A DNA stretch of 63,873 bases, the filler included, from Lenisia limosa (lineage: Eukaryota > Protista > Breviatea), in NCBI GenBank assembly GCA_001655205.1. It is 9 parts of 9 records of this genome, joined end to end, with 100 filler letters (N's around TTAATTAATTAA, not from the genome) between each part and the next. Parts side by side here need not be neighbours in the genome. Positions count along the whole stretch, not along the records: positions 10,991 to 17,107 come from LPNZ01009839.1; positions 17,208 to 18,794 come from LPNZ01000613.1; positions 18,895 to 30,619 come from LPNZ01002035.1; 6 more parts are not named here. One strand, given 5' to 3'. Under the pieces are notes generated by a model, which was not told the origin of the DNA, ran no database searches, and saw only the letters and a program-made list of their open reading frames with translations. The position numbers and the translations under genes are program-made. This document shows positions 11,135 to 23,400 of this stretch, piece after piece; positions within the stretch are counted from its first letter, which is position 1, and each line of letters opens with the position of its first letter.

Positions 11135-13428
11135 CTGGAGAACACCGACAACCATGCCAGCAAAGTAGGGCGCCCAGTAGACACGGCCAAGGTAGGGACG
11201 CTCGATGTCGTGGCGGCCTGAGAGGTTAANNNNNNNNNNNNNNNNNNNNNNNNNNNNNNNNNNNNNNNNNNNNNNNNNNNNNNNNNNNNNNNNNNNNNNN
11301 NNNNNNNNNNNNNNNNNNNNNNNNNNNNNNNNNNNNNNNNNNNNNNNNNNNNNNNNNNNNNNNNNNNNNNNNNNNNNNNNNAAAAAAAGACGATAAATCT
11401 TCAAAAATAATCGATATTGTACCGAAACCGAAGTGACTAAGTGTTTTTTTTAAAAGCAGGTTTGTACCAGATTCACACGTAATCTTCACTGAGCCCCAAA
11501 TCCAAGAATTCTAGCCACCATTCAAATATGCATCAATAATTCCCCTACCTCTAACATCAACCCTCCTTATTTGTTTATGGTTCCCTATGTATTAATTGGT
11601 TTCACTCGATTTCTCAGGTTTATTATTTCTCTTGTTCAAACCTCCCCACCCAAAAGTGCCCCCCCCCCCTCACATGCGTCAAGGTCCTCATGATACTCCA
11701 CTACATAGACCTCCAAGAAGTACACGATGCTGGCGCACATCGCAGCCATTCCAAGGCAGACCACGCGATAGGGAAGGTTGAAATACTGTGTTGTTAATTT
11801 AATGAATTCTGTGTCCATTTTGAAATACTGTGTTGTTAATTTAATGAATTCTGTATCCATATTGAAATACTGTGTTAATGAATTTTGAATCCATTTTGAA
11901 ACACTGTGCTGTTAATTTAATGAGTTCTGAATATTTGTTTTCAAATGCCGTAAAGAAAAACAGCCCGGTAACGAACCTGGTCAATACCCGGGTTCAGACG
12001 GATGGAAACGGGAAGGCCAGCCGAAATGAAGCCGGCGAGGCTCGGAGCGAGGTAGCCAAAAACGAGGGCACCGACAAGGCTGCCGGCAAGGACGTACAGC
12101 GAGTTTTGGACCCCACTTCCGATCTGTGCAAGGACTGGAGAGTAAAACGAAGGAAATTTTGAAGAATATTGGCGTAAAGGTACTAATCACGAACGAATAA
12201 TCTGTAGCTCCAAACAAACAAACAAAAAAACAAGTAACACTAAAACTCGACAAAACCCAGGTGACAAAAACAAGCCCAAACCAATCTTTGTAAAGTCCCA
12301 TCACCGCTCGATCACCCCAAAACGGGGGTGAAAATAACATTATAAAAGAAAAAGAAGAAGCCCAAAATCAACTCTGCTAGCTTAGTATTTGGGAAGCACA
12401 GTTAGTTTGACAGAAATGTACAAACAGCACAGTTTGAAATTGTGCCAAAATTTGCATTCAGAAAAACTGACCATGCCTTTCCACAGACAGAGAAAACAAA
12501 TATGAATAATGAGAGGCGTGAAGGGAGTTCGTAGGAGCTTGAATACCAAAAGCGAAAAAATAATAATTCGGATAAATTCAGCCGAAAATATTCTATGATT
12601 CTCGGACCAACAACAGATCAGCTGAATCAATCTCCCCTTAATAACCCACAAAACAGGACCACCACACGCAGTCTCAAATATCAGCAGCGATGACGTCATG
12701 CAAACAACAGCACAAGAAGCTTTAAGGTGGCTTCAAGATAGCTTCAATATTATCTGTATTAAACCCCCATTACCAGTGCCGGGACAAGCACCACAGACAG
12801 CCATGCCAAGACCAAGAAGAGAAGCGCCAAGAACAGTGGCCGGTACGCCGCGGGAGTTGTTCAACTCTTCAACACGGACTTTCAAGGCCATGGGTCTCAG
12901 ACTGGATGAGTAAGGAATGTTCAAGAATGCCAATCCATGACACAGGCGTTTGGAGGCGTTTGGTATGGTATTGCCCGCTGCTAAGACGACTGAACTTGTG
13001 TGGTGTGATTAGATATCAAGAGGAGAGTGGAGAACTTGAGGAAGTGATGGAAAGAGTAGATCACTACCCTCCGATTGGGCGGGGAAGTCGCTGCATGCAG
13101 CCCCTTACATTTTAATTGAGTCAAACAAGGTAAAGACAACCATTGAGGAGGCGACAGCACTGAGGAACATCTTCAACATCGGGAAATCCGTGAAGTTGAA
13201 CTACTTCTGTGAATTTGGAGTATGTCAAGTTAGATTCGCTTTAATTTAAATATTAATCGATAAAAGCCCGCCCTTTGCTTCATTCGCCTCACCTGGTTCA
13301 TAATAACCTGAAAAGGTCAGAAAGCAGATCACAAAAGTTGAAGGAACCAACCTGAGGAGCATAAACAGATCCTTTTTGGAGAACAAATCCGAATATCAGA
13401 CCCATAATGGCAGATGCCACCACAATAT
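11135..13428 (-). CDS. YeeE/YedE (TsuA-like) sulfur-compound transporter family membrane protein, spliced, 3' truncated, start uncertain
   Basis: Exons: AIMGLIFGFVLQKGSVYAPQ|VIMNQ|FNFTDFPMLKMFLSAVASSM, LGASLLGLGMAVCGACPGT|VLAQIGSG..LAGSLVGALVFG, YWAPYFAGMVVGVLQ. GACPGT and FGFVLQKG are YeeE/YedE motifs. Confidence 0.8.
11778..11936. repeat. 42-bp minisatellite (~4 units) overlapping a splice acceptor of the YeeE gene
   Basis: Unit TTGAAATACTGTGTTGTTAATTTAATGAATTCTGTGTCCATT starts at 11778, 11820 and 11862 (shortened), with a fourth degenerate copy. Confidence 0.9.
12182..12380 (+). repeat. Dispersed repeat family B (A-rich, mosaic, up to ~300 bp), intronic copy
   Basis: GGCGTAAAGGTACTAATCACGAACGAATAATCTG..GGTGACAAAAACA is near-identical to 22808-22915. 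GCCCAAAATCAACTCTG recurs at 58160. Confidence 0.8.
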
Positions 13429-13792
13429 CTTTTGTGGGGAAATACATCCTATTACTTCGACAACAAAAAAACTCAAATACAACAACCTAATGCAAGATAA
13501 ACAAAGGAGAGGGCCAAAAAAAAGCGACAAATAAATAAGTAATTGCAAGTGTGCCTTAATGATACCCCACGTCTGTCTAGTATAAAAATATCATTTTTAA
13601 AAAATTCCGTTTGTTTTTCGCTTCTTATAACTTCAAGTACACTATAAAGACGGATATACCATATTTTAGTACATTAGATTGCTTTAAGTTTCACTGTTCT
13701 TCCTCTCTCAAGTTGTAGAAGGCTATACCTTTTGTAAGAAGACGTTTGTCAATGTAGCAATTAGAAAGAGCGGCAAATAGTTCAAAACAATC

Positions 13793-15930
13793 ATGGGAAA
13801 GCGAACCACAAATTTCAAAAAGTTGGTCATGTCCAGTGTAGCGTTCTTCATCTTTCAGGGCTAAAAAGGAGGATTCTACACCCAATGTCTCTGAACCGGT
13901 CACTCCTGCAGCTGTGGAGGACCTCCCTCCCCTCCCCTCCTCCCATGCCCCTCTCTCAAGGAAAGAAATGGAGCGCAAGGACATTGAAAAGCGCAAGCAG
14001 AAGTCTGACAGCAAGCGAAAAAGCTCGGAGCGTGTTGTTCTCCAAACCACTGAGGAGGTCAGTTGCCATGTTCAGCTTCGTTTTGTTCGGTTATTTTTGT
14101 TTCAAGGAAAGCTTTATCTCACCTCCAACAGCTAAATAATGAGCTTCTGAGGGAGAGAAGAGAGAAGAAGGAACAGGAGCGACTTGAACGGTTGGTGATG
14201 ACTATGGGTGTCTTCCTACTTTATGACGTTGTTTGGTTGTTTTGTTCTTTAGCAGAGTTGTATGGTATGCCAACCTTGTTTTATTTTTCTCCACATCGCC
14301 AGTCGTATCAATAGTTTTATAGTGTAGACAGCTTGCTGCAAACAAACTCCCTTTTGGCCTCTTTTCATAATATCATTCCTTTTTTTTGCAGATGACACCC
14401 CTCTTAATCTCATGTCTGCATTTTCAGATACCGTAATAAGTCTTGACTGATTTCCTAAAGGAAAATCGGATTCTCACGATCAAGTCGGACTACAAGCGAT
14501 GACATGATATGATATATACTACGATATTCATAGCATTTGTATTCTATTTGACCAAATACACCTTTCTTTTTTTTCTCAATTTTATATATCAACACTATCT
14601 CATACAAGCATAATAATACACCGTAATTATTAGAGCTGCTTCTGACTTGGGCTTCACTTTGGTCAGAAAAAGACCGGACAATTTCGATGGTTTTCGAGCA
14701 TTTATCTAGAAATTCAATCTTTTTATGCAATTATTACGCCTTTTTTACACACCCTTTTCTGCAGCGTCATGAAGAACCTTGAGATGCAGAAGAAAGAAGA
14801 AGAGGTATCCACCCCCGCCGAAGACGTGGAAGAGGTCTCTGTATGGGGGGGGGGGCAGTCTGTTTGGTATGTGCAATATTTTTGATCTAAACGATCATGC
14901 GTGCTCCCAACCGACATATTTGTTTTGGGCTTTCAACGAGTGATTGGATGCGGTGCTGNNNNNNNNNNNNNNNNNNNNNNNNNNNNNNNNNNNNNNNNNN
15001 NNNNNNNNNNNNNNNNNNNNCTAGCGTCGACGGACTTCAGCGAATGTCAGTCTCTTTGATATGGCAGCATCCTCAACTAACTCCGTTGCAAAGAAACGTG
15101 GGGGGACTTGAAACCTAGGGGAGGGGGGTGAGTAATAACCTTGATGATAGGAACTCTATTTCAGGCAATTTAATTTCAAATTTTCACAACAATTTTCTTC
15201 ACAAAATTAATTACACTGAGCCCTTGCTAAAATCAACATTAGAGCAGTCCCAGTTTGTGTCTATGATAGTTCACCAAAAATATCACGTAACTTGACAGTT
15301 TTCATGCAACCCTCCCCCTCTCACGTTTTCAGCCGTTATGAACCGACCATCGCCTATCACGCCATCATCCACACGCTCAACGCCAAAGTCGTTCTCGCTT
15401 GCCTGGAAGTCCGTAACCGATGACACCGTGCAGATCACAGAGAAAATGGAGGAATCCGTGACGATCACGTGGGGTGGACGGCTTTGAACAGATACAACTT
15501 TATTTTTTTATTGTCATTGCTTTATATTTAACTTTATCATCAATTGCAATTCTCTTCGTTTTGCTCCCCGCCCCCCTCCCTGTGATGGGTGCTGCAGAAG
15601 TGACTGGCCTGGGCTTTGTTNNNNNNNNNNNNNNNNNNNNNNNNNNNNNNNNNNNNNNNNNNNNNNNNNNNNNNTAAATTTTCCATTATTCGGTTGGTGA
15701 TTAGTACCTTTACGCAAATATTCATCATCGAAATTTCCTTCGCTTTACCCCCCTCCCCCCAGATATGAAGAACGTTTGGCTTCAGCCGCAGCCTCGGCCT
15801 TGCGATTTGCCATTCAAACCCTGGTCAAGTCAGAGAACCCCCTCTACAACGCTGATAAGCCACCTTGCGTAAGCCTCTTGCCTTGGGTTTTTTTTATTAT
15901 TGCTATTCGAAGAAGTTTTTGTATTTATTA

Positions 15931-15966
<36 letters not shown>

Positions 15967-17076
15967 TTTTCATTTGACTGTTTCAGAAATCAACCTTCCC
16001 GATTTGTCTCATTGAGAAGGTGAGTGGGCGCTAAACTCAACTAAATGTCTCATACTCATTTGTAATAAAGATATCCCGAGCGACTGCGTGGAAAATAACC
16101 CAAAAGGTGAGATAAAAGAGAATCACTAGCATTTTATGCTATTACAGATATGTGTGTATTGAGTTGTAATTTGGCAATTAATTGTCAAACAATTTATAGC
16201 ACGGGGTCCTATTTACATATCATATACTTTATACTTTAATCCAACATATCTGAGAAGCGTGACTACGACTTCGGTCAGACAACATTAATAAAAATTTTTG
16301 CTTCTACATGTGATATGATTAGTCTAAGAGGACTAAAGAGAATGTAATAGCAGATTACGTTTTTTTTTTGTTTCTACATATGATATGATATATATTAGTA
16401 TTATTCTAGGAGTGCTAAAGATTATATAATAGCTACTGCATGAAACTGACGCTTTAGTTTTCAATTTTGTAATATTTACGATATTAGCCTGTGGAAGCAG
16501 CTGCACCTAGGAAGCCACAGAAATCATCCCCCATTGCCGCCCCCAGGTTTGCTTATCTGTGATAGCGTGATGGTGTGGACGCTTTCGGCCAGATACAAAG
16601 TTGTTTTTATTTCTCATCTATTCACCCAAAAACAGTATTTTACTCTCTCCTCTCTCTCTCTCTCTCTGTTTGATTTGAGGCTTTTTTTTTTCTTNNNNNN
16701 NNNNNNNNNNNNNNNNNNNNNNNNNNNNNNNNNNNNNNNNNNNNNNNNNNNNNNNNNNNNNNNNNNNNNNNNNNNNNNNNNNNNNNNNNNNNNNNNNNNN
16801 NNNNNNNNNNNNNNNNNNNNNNNNNNNNNNNNNNNNNNNNNNNNNNNNNNNNNNNNNNNNNNNNNNNNNNNNNNNNNNNNNNNNNNNNNNNNNNNNNNNN
16901 NNNNNNNNNNNNNNNNNNNTGTTTCATAAATTTTCCAATTTTACTCTCCCAGCGCACCCATTGCAATGGCACCTCGTATGGTGACTGTAGATCTTGCCAG
17001 TACTCCCGAGGACTGGGAAGAACACGTCATTGTTGAGGACGGATGGACTTCTTCGCTGCCTCCTTCGGGACTTATG
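13793..17076 (+). CDS. Hypothetical basic/coiled-coil protein, spliced, 3' truncated at the spacer
   Basis: Frame-consistent exons MGKRTTNFKK|AKKEDSTPNV..VVLQTTEE|LNNELLRERREKKEQERLER|..|YEERLASAAASALRFAIQTLVKSENP.. with canonical GT-AG. No family recognised. Confidence 0.55.
16563..16620 (+). repeat. Dispersed ~60-bp repeat family C (GTGGACGGC-TTCG-GCC hairpin plus T-rich tail)
   Basis: Shares GGTGTGGACG.YTTCGGCCAGATACAA..TTTTATTTCTCAT with copies at 15469, 19028, 21154, 24727, 51073 and 54413. Confidence 0.8.
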
Positions 17077-17107
17077 GTGCGGGTGGACCTGTATGTTAAT
17101 AAATATC

Positions 17108-17207
17108 NNNNNNNNNNNNNNNNNNNNNNNNNNNNNNNNNNNNNNNNNNNNTTAATTAATTAANNNNNNNNNNNNNNNNNNNNNNNNNNNNNNNNNNNNN
17201 NNNNNNN
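17108..17207. other. Artificial contig-join spacer
   Basis: 44N-TTAATTAATTAA-44N. Confidence 0.95.
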
Positions 17208-18794
17208 CTTCGAGCACGTGGGACGTCAGTGCCTTCATGTGACCCTATATTGTGAACCAAGTATCGCATATTTCTTGTATTGTTAGTCAGTTATTGTTGT
17301 GCGTGTTTCGAGTAAGTTATTTGTGTGACCCTGAGTGAGGCAACAGTGTATTGTGAGTAAAGGAAAAGAAGAAGAGGGAGGGGGTGCGTTGTGAGGTTAT
17401 ATTTCTATTGTGCGTAAGATATTAATGTGGTCTGTATTGTGAAGGGAGAGGAAGAGTTAATTGTAAGTAAGCTGCTGTGAATATTATGAGGAAGGTAGTG
17501 GATATTACTGTGAGGAAAGGAGGGGAAGAGCGTATTATGGGTAAGTTTGATATTAATGTAGTGTTGTGTATTGCGAGCGAGTTAGTTTCGTATTGATACT
17601 GTGATATAGTTAGTAGAGATTCCCTACGGTCCGAAAAAGACCTAAAATATCGATATTTTTCGAGGAAATATCGAGAAATTCAGTCTTTTTTGGGACCGTA
17701 GGGAAGCCTTAATTGTAAATAAGCTTGTAGTGAACAGTGACCAGGAGAGGTCTTGCCCGCTTTTACTTGGGAAATCACAGAGAAAATCGGTCAAAACATA
17801 TCCCGGTCACTGTATATCGCCAAAAAACACCACAATTATCACGAACCTCCTTCTGCAGGTTCGGCTTATTAGCAAGATTCTGGAGCATTTTGGCGACGGT
17901 GACAAGAGCCTTCTTTGCGGGCGTGCGCAGCGCATTTGCGTCAACTAGTCCGTAGGCGTTAGGGGTCACCACGGCCTGGGGGGTTATAAGGCGGGATGTA
18001 TGCTCAAAATATATAATATGATATGTAATATATCGATATTATATGTATTATACTAGTGAACAACATATGACTATGCCCACGGGGTTGATGTAGCGCAAAA
18101 GGAAAAACCCTCCAATTAGAGATGCGCAGTTCTCAGAAGTGGCCTCGGGGAACCGCCGCTGCATGCCCCCAAGGATTTCCGAGCAAATACTCCTGGGAAA
18201 ATTAGTGCAAATTAATTCTCCTGATCCTAAAATCAGAGCCAATACTCTGAGGGAAATATAGCATTTCATAGGTAGAAATCTAATCCTGAAATCAGAAGCA
18301 ATACTTCTGCGTACAACAATAACTAATGAGGCACTGGGGATTTTCAGAACGGCTATTAAAAAGATGAGAAGAAACCCCAGGGAAAGACGGGTGAAACTGG
18401 AGGAAGGAGCTTAAATAGTCGAAGGCAGGCAGGGAAGAAGTAGACTACTGAAAAACTTGAGAATCCCATATATTTACATGGGAATCCAATGTAATTATAT
18501 GGAAATCTGAAGAAATTCATGGGATTCAGAAATACTCCACAGGAATCCCAAGTCGATGCGCCGTAGTGAGCTAGGTATTTCACAAAATACTCCATATCCA
18601 CTAAGAAGAAGTTTATAAAATGAGAGTAGGAAGAAGTAAAGCTAAGTATTCATCATAAGAAGAAGTAAGCAAAACATCGAATCCCACTTTATTCCGAACG
18701 GCACTTCCGACAGTCCGGCAATGATGGCGTCAACAAACTCGGAAGTGAGTTTACGCAAGGTCTGCACGCGCACGTCGACTGTCGCCTTCACTTC
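17208..18794 (-). CDS. RasGAP domain protein, internal fragment
   Basis: TLRKLTSEFVDAIIAGLSEVPFGI|SICSEILGGMQRRFPEA..LIGGFFLLRYINP|AVVTPNAYGLV..KKALVTVAKMLQNLANKP..KE|GHMKAL carries the RasGAP FLR(F/Y)xxP and KxLQNLAN signatures. Confidence 0.88.
17614..17711. mobile_element. hAT-type MITE, subfamily B (TAGGGCTTCCCTACGGTCC)
   Basis: TIRs tagagattccctacggtcc / ggaccgtagggaagcctta around the TATCGA-rich core. Confidence 0.8.
17735..17812. mobile_element. Small Tc1/mariner-like MITE (CAGTGACC...GGTCACTG)
   Basis: Imperfect ~29-bp inverted termini followed by TA; a related copy lies at 25416-25484. Confidence 0.6.
18474..18568 (+). repeat. Dispersed repeat family D (~100 bp, ends TCCCAAGTCGATGCGCCRTAGTG)
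   Basis: Matches 45931-46029, plus a partial reverse copy near 31268-31320. Confidence 0.7.
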
Positions 18795-18894
18795 NNNNNN
18801 NNNNNNNNNNNNNNNNNNNNNNNNNNNNNNNNNNNNNNTTAATTAATTAANNNNNNNNNNNNNNNNNNNNNNNNNNNNNNNNNNNNNNNNNNNN
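18795..18894. other. Artificial contig-join spacer
   Basis: 44N-TTAATTAATTAA-44N. Confidence 0.95.
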
Positions 18895-19027
18895 AAAGTA
18901 CTCACCTTTTGCTCTCTCAATGAAAGTACTCACCTTTTGCTCTCTCAATGAAAGAGCGGTACCTTTTGTTCTCTCAACATGTGTGTGTATAAAATACATA
19001 TTATACTGTTATTCAATATCTCCTATA

Positions 19028-19086
19028 AGCGTGGTGTGGACGGCTTCGGCCATATATACAACCTTGTTTTTTACTTCTCATTGCTA
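19028..19086 (+). repeat. Repeat family C copy with a perfect GGC-TTCG-GCC hairpin
   Basis: AGCGTGGTGTGGACGGCTTCGGCCATATATACAACCTTG..TTCTCATTGCTA. Confidence 0.8.
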
Positions 19087-19214
19087 TAATATATATTTTT
19101 ACATTTAATAGTTTGAGGTGGCATTATGTATTCTTATATTTCCCTGGATTTATTTACTATATGTCTTGCTCTCGTTATTTGCACCCGATCCGAAAAGATT
19201 ATTTACACTGACAG

Positions 19215-20347
19215 GACGCCCAAGGACCCCTCGTCACACACCCGGTTCTTCACGACGACAATCGCCTAGTGTTGGGGGTGATATTCGGATGATGTGATGG
19301 TAGGGTTTCACTTCGGTTCGAAAAAGAAAAATATCGGTAGTTTTCGAGGATTTATCGAGAAATCCTGTCATAATTTGAACTGAAGTGAAGCCCTATGCGA
19401 TGGATCGGTTCGGCTCGATGTTTCCTTTTCCAACTTTCATCCTTATTTCCTATTTCTCGCAATATGCTCGCGGTCCTAAATTAGGTCATTAATTGTTATT
19501 TTGAGTTTTATAGCCGCAGAAACCAATTTTTAGCCCAGTTTTCATGAAGTATGAGTTCCTTTGATCATACCAATTGCATTGGACTTGTTCCTTAGATACA
19601 TTGCTCTGTTTATTTGTTCCAACATACCTATTGCGATTTGCTTGATCACGTGATCGATCCAGGTCCGAGCCGCCCATATTGACGCCCGAATACAGGACGC
19701 CCGGAAGCTGGTTGCCTCAACTTCAAAGTCCCCCCTGGATAAAAGCAATGCGGTAGGCGGCAGGGAAGAGAATGACTTAGGATGGTGCTAAGTTGTGCCC
19801 CTGTGTGCTACCCAATTGCTTAGCTAGCGGAGTTGATTCGTACGTACCCCCGTTGGAGTGATGGGATGTTTGCTTTGTTGTTATCAACCCTCGTGTATTG
19901 TGCCAGCAGAGTGAATTTTCGGCTTTTTTTGTTTCGTAATTTTTCAATTTTACGCCAGTTTCATCGAAGTTTCCTTCGTTTTACTCCACCCCTTNNNNNN
20001 NNNNNNNNNNNNNNNNNNNNNNNNNNNNNNNNNNNNNNNNNNNNNNNNNNNNNNNNNNNNNNNNNNNNNNNNNNNNNNNNNNNNNNNNNNNNNNNNNNNN
20101 NNNNNNNNNNNNNNNNNNNNNNNNNNNNNNNNNNNNNNNNNNNNNNNNNNNNNNNNNNNNNNNNNNNNNNNNNATGGTTAGGCTGGTCAACGCCAAATTC
20201 GGCCACGATCAAACAGATCATCAAGTAATAATTGGATTGGTAATATCATTGAAATGTTAGTTGTATTTCTTCACATTATGATACTAACGGCTGTAAATGT
20301 GTTTCTTATGTTCCAGGTATAATCTCCCGCCGCCATCAATGCGCTAA
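19215..20347 (+). CDS. 3' exons of an unidentified protein
   Basis: GC-richer blocks bounded by AG/GT: DAQGPLVTHPVLHDDNRL, VRAAHIDARIQDARKL, GWSTPNSATIKQII|KYNLPPPSMR*. Reading frames not independently confirmed. Confidence 0.35.
19301..19395. mobile_element. hAT-type MITE, subfamily A
   Basis: TIRs tagggtttcacttcgg / gaagtgaagcccta; 8-bp flanks TGTGATGG / TGCGATGG (7/8). Confidence 0.88.
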
Positions 20348-20486
20348 TAGGAACAAGGTATTTAATGTTTAGGTTGTATATTATGTAATACTTGTATTAT
20401 ATTCAGGGGTGCTGAAATCTCAATATGAATCTAAATATGAATTGAAAGTGCATTTCAAAAGATTCAAACAATGTATCAAAAAAAGA

Positions 20487-23400
20487 CTAGAAAGAGGAGA
20501 CGCGGACAATGTAACTGATCCGAACGCGGCGGCGGTCGTAGACCACAATCCTGGAGGGTGAAGGGATGGGGGATTGTGCGTGTGATTTTTTTATTTTTTT
20601 TCAAACAAAAAGGGCAAGGCCTAATTAACTACAACGCCACTCTTGTCCAATTACCCCACTCGTCCATTTCGAGATTAGGTACCGAGGGGCCTTGGCGTTT
20701 GGAGAGGTTGAAGGGCATTGGTACTCCATCAATGCTGGAAGCGTGAGAGAAGTGGAAATACTCCAGTGATGTCATCGAATGATTGCGACAACAAAGGTCT
20801 TCGCATCCACTGAACTATTGACTAAGAGAGTCTAATAGGAGTGTAAGGAATTATCGCGGACATTGGGTATCAGGAGGATATCTTACTCTCAACAACCTCC
20901 TCACTCAATTGTCTCGGTAGCTGTCAGTTCCCCGAAAGCATGGGTGGACTTGCTGGAGGACTCCAGAAACACCGAGTCTTTGGGAAGGTCTTCCTCCTAG
21001 CGAAGATTAAAGCGGGAGTCCAATTAATGGTTATTATAAGGAAATTCTCCTCCCCCATCTTAGTACTGTAACTTATATAAATAGGGATTCACAAACGCAC
21101 TATTGGGTGAATACTGCAGAAGTAATCACCCCTCCCCCCTTTCACTCTACATTTAGCAATGAGAAATAAAAAATAAGAATATATCTGGCCGAAGCCGTCN
21201 NNNNNNNNNNNNNNNNNNNNNNNNNNNNNNNACTCTGTGTACATAGCTTTTTTTTTTGTCGGTTTACTTTCAAAGTTACCAGTTCCATCATTTTCCCACC
21301 ATTTTACCTTGCATCCCCCAAGCATATCCCCATATCCTATCCACTCCTAATTAAATGTCTCTCATACATACTTTTAAATGTTGTTAGACGGTGTTTGGTG
21401 CTGTTTTCGGGAAATTTAGACCACCCCCTTACGCCAAAGTCAGTGGACACATAGGCATCATCAGTGAGGGACATGGTTCGGCCCAAAGCCGCCGTACACA
21501 GCAGAAGAAGGGCTGCGGTGCCTTCACGGCGCGCTGATGGGGGGTAGCTGCATGGTGAGGGGGAGTGAAAGTAGAACATTGAAACAAAAAAAGACCAAAG
21601 TCGCTTCTGCAGCACCGCATCCCATGTAAAATTGGAAAAATGAAACAAAAAGCCCAAAAATTGCTGCACATGAATGAATCAAACCAGTTGGTTATCTTAT
21701 AAGCCCGCACCAACCAATAGTCAAATGACTTTCTGATGGTGTTGGCCAGGTAGATTCCTTTACCGAATCTGAAGAGTAAGTCCGCTTGTGAATCTAGGTA
21801 AAATATTACAAATATTATCAGATACTATTAACATGATAGATATTGGGATAGCCTTGACCAAATATTCAGATATAGATTTCGGTATCAAAAAAGGCTCCCT
21901 TTAAGACTCGATATTCACCTTAAATTCTCCTCAACTCAATATTCTTCATCGAAATGTCCTTTTTTTCACCCCCCACAAACCTGCTGCCCGAATAAGGGGC
22001 CTCGGGGGGAGCAACACGAAGGCCTTGACTGAGAATACCGCACTGAACAGTTATTGTCGTTAGAGATTTGTTGTGAGAGTAATATGTTAGAGTATTGTTG
22101 TTGTTACACACACATACACACACACTCACTCACAAATGCGCGCACACACATGCACACCCACACACACAGAGACAGACAGACACACACACACACAGTGACA
22201 CTACCTATCTCCTCAAATTGTTTGATAGATTATTTCGAGTGAGCCCCCACAGAGTTAGCCAGATTCAACCCCCACTACAAACGCAAACACGAAGAGACTA
22301 ATGTCAAAAACAAGAAAAAGTTGACCATTGTTAGCCAGATTCAACCCCCCCACATAGTTAGCCAGGTTTGACCCGTGCCATAAGAGCTGTTCATTTGGTT
22401 CCTCCCAGCAAGTTGCACTCTCGTATTGAGCCTCTTCCTGAAACCTGAAATATGAGGCCGAAATGTCTTTTTGGCAGCCCCTGCCCCTTTATACTAATCC
22501 TTACTCCCTATCAACTCATCTTCCCCCCCCCCCCCCCCNNNNNNNNNNNNNNNNNNNNNNNNNNNNNNNNNNNNNNNNNNNNNNNNNNNNNNNNNNNNNN
22601 NNNNNNNNNNNNNNGAGCCTTTACTGCAAAAAATGCCCACCTTTTGACTCGGAAAACGTCCTTGACTTGAATGGGCACAAGGTTGTCAGTTTCGATGGCC
22701 TTGATGATTCCGAGGTAAGCGGCATTGTCGGTCTTCAACGCTTCTACTTCAATGTTCATATTCTAGGGAGGGGGGGTAAAATGAAGGAAATTTCCACGAA
22801 GAATAGTGGCGTAAAGATACTAATCACGAACCGAATAATCTGAAACTCCAAACAAACAAAAAACAAGCAGTAACAAACGCGAAAAAACTAGACAGGTGAC
22901 AAAAACACAAATAAAACGAGCCCGAGGGGGAGGGGGGAGTAAAATTAGAAAATGTATGAGACAAAAAAAGACCAAAATCAACAACACAAGGGTTGATCAC
23001 AACAAAAACAAACAAAGTCCAGGCCAAGAAAAGTGAGATGCCTCACTTTGTACAACCTAGATTATATTGTATTGAATGCAGTCTATCAATTAAAGATAAC
23101 TGCGAAAACTCTACCATACCCTGAATGCAGCGTCCATGGAGTTTTCTGCCTCCGTGTGGGGGGCTGAGACGAGAGCTTGGGCGGAGGATGTGTCAATGAG
23201 AGTCTGATCCGTTACAACAGGGAATGATAGTGTGAAAATCAGTTGTAACTGTAACACGTTAAAAGAACATGGAGGTAGGAGCCACCAACTTCGAGCATGT
23301 TCATCTTGTCGTTGACGGCTTTGGGAGTAGTGAGAAGAGGGGGACAACGGCTTCCAAAACTACGAAGTCAAATAATCGAAAGCTAGTACGCTCAAATATC

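Noticed and set aside
9833-13428. DRG-YeeE and other cross-spacer gene neighbourhoods as functional clusters
   Set aside because: The genes are on separate contigs joined artificially.
18895-18978. 28-bp tandem duplication containing a donor-like AAAAG|GTGAGT on the minus strand
   Set aside because: It starts exactly at a contig edge, so an assembly artefact is likely and there is no gene model to test it against.
19028-19086. Repeat family C as a 5S rRNA or tRNA derivative
   Set aside because: Only a short CGGCCATA resemblance; no internal control boxes or cloverleaf could be built.
20545-20690. Apparent loss of the PARP catalytic glutamate (E to R, ...APRIVVYD)
   Set aside because: This arises only with the donor at ~20682. 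The GTGGGG donor at 20659 gives IDGVPMP...LEMDEIVVYD, which aligns with PARP1 LLYNEYIVYD, so the H-Y-E triad is intact.
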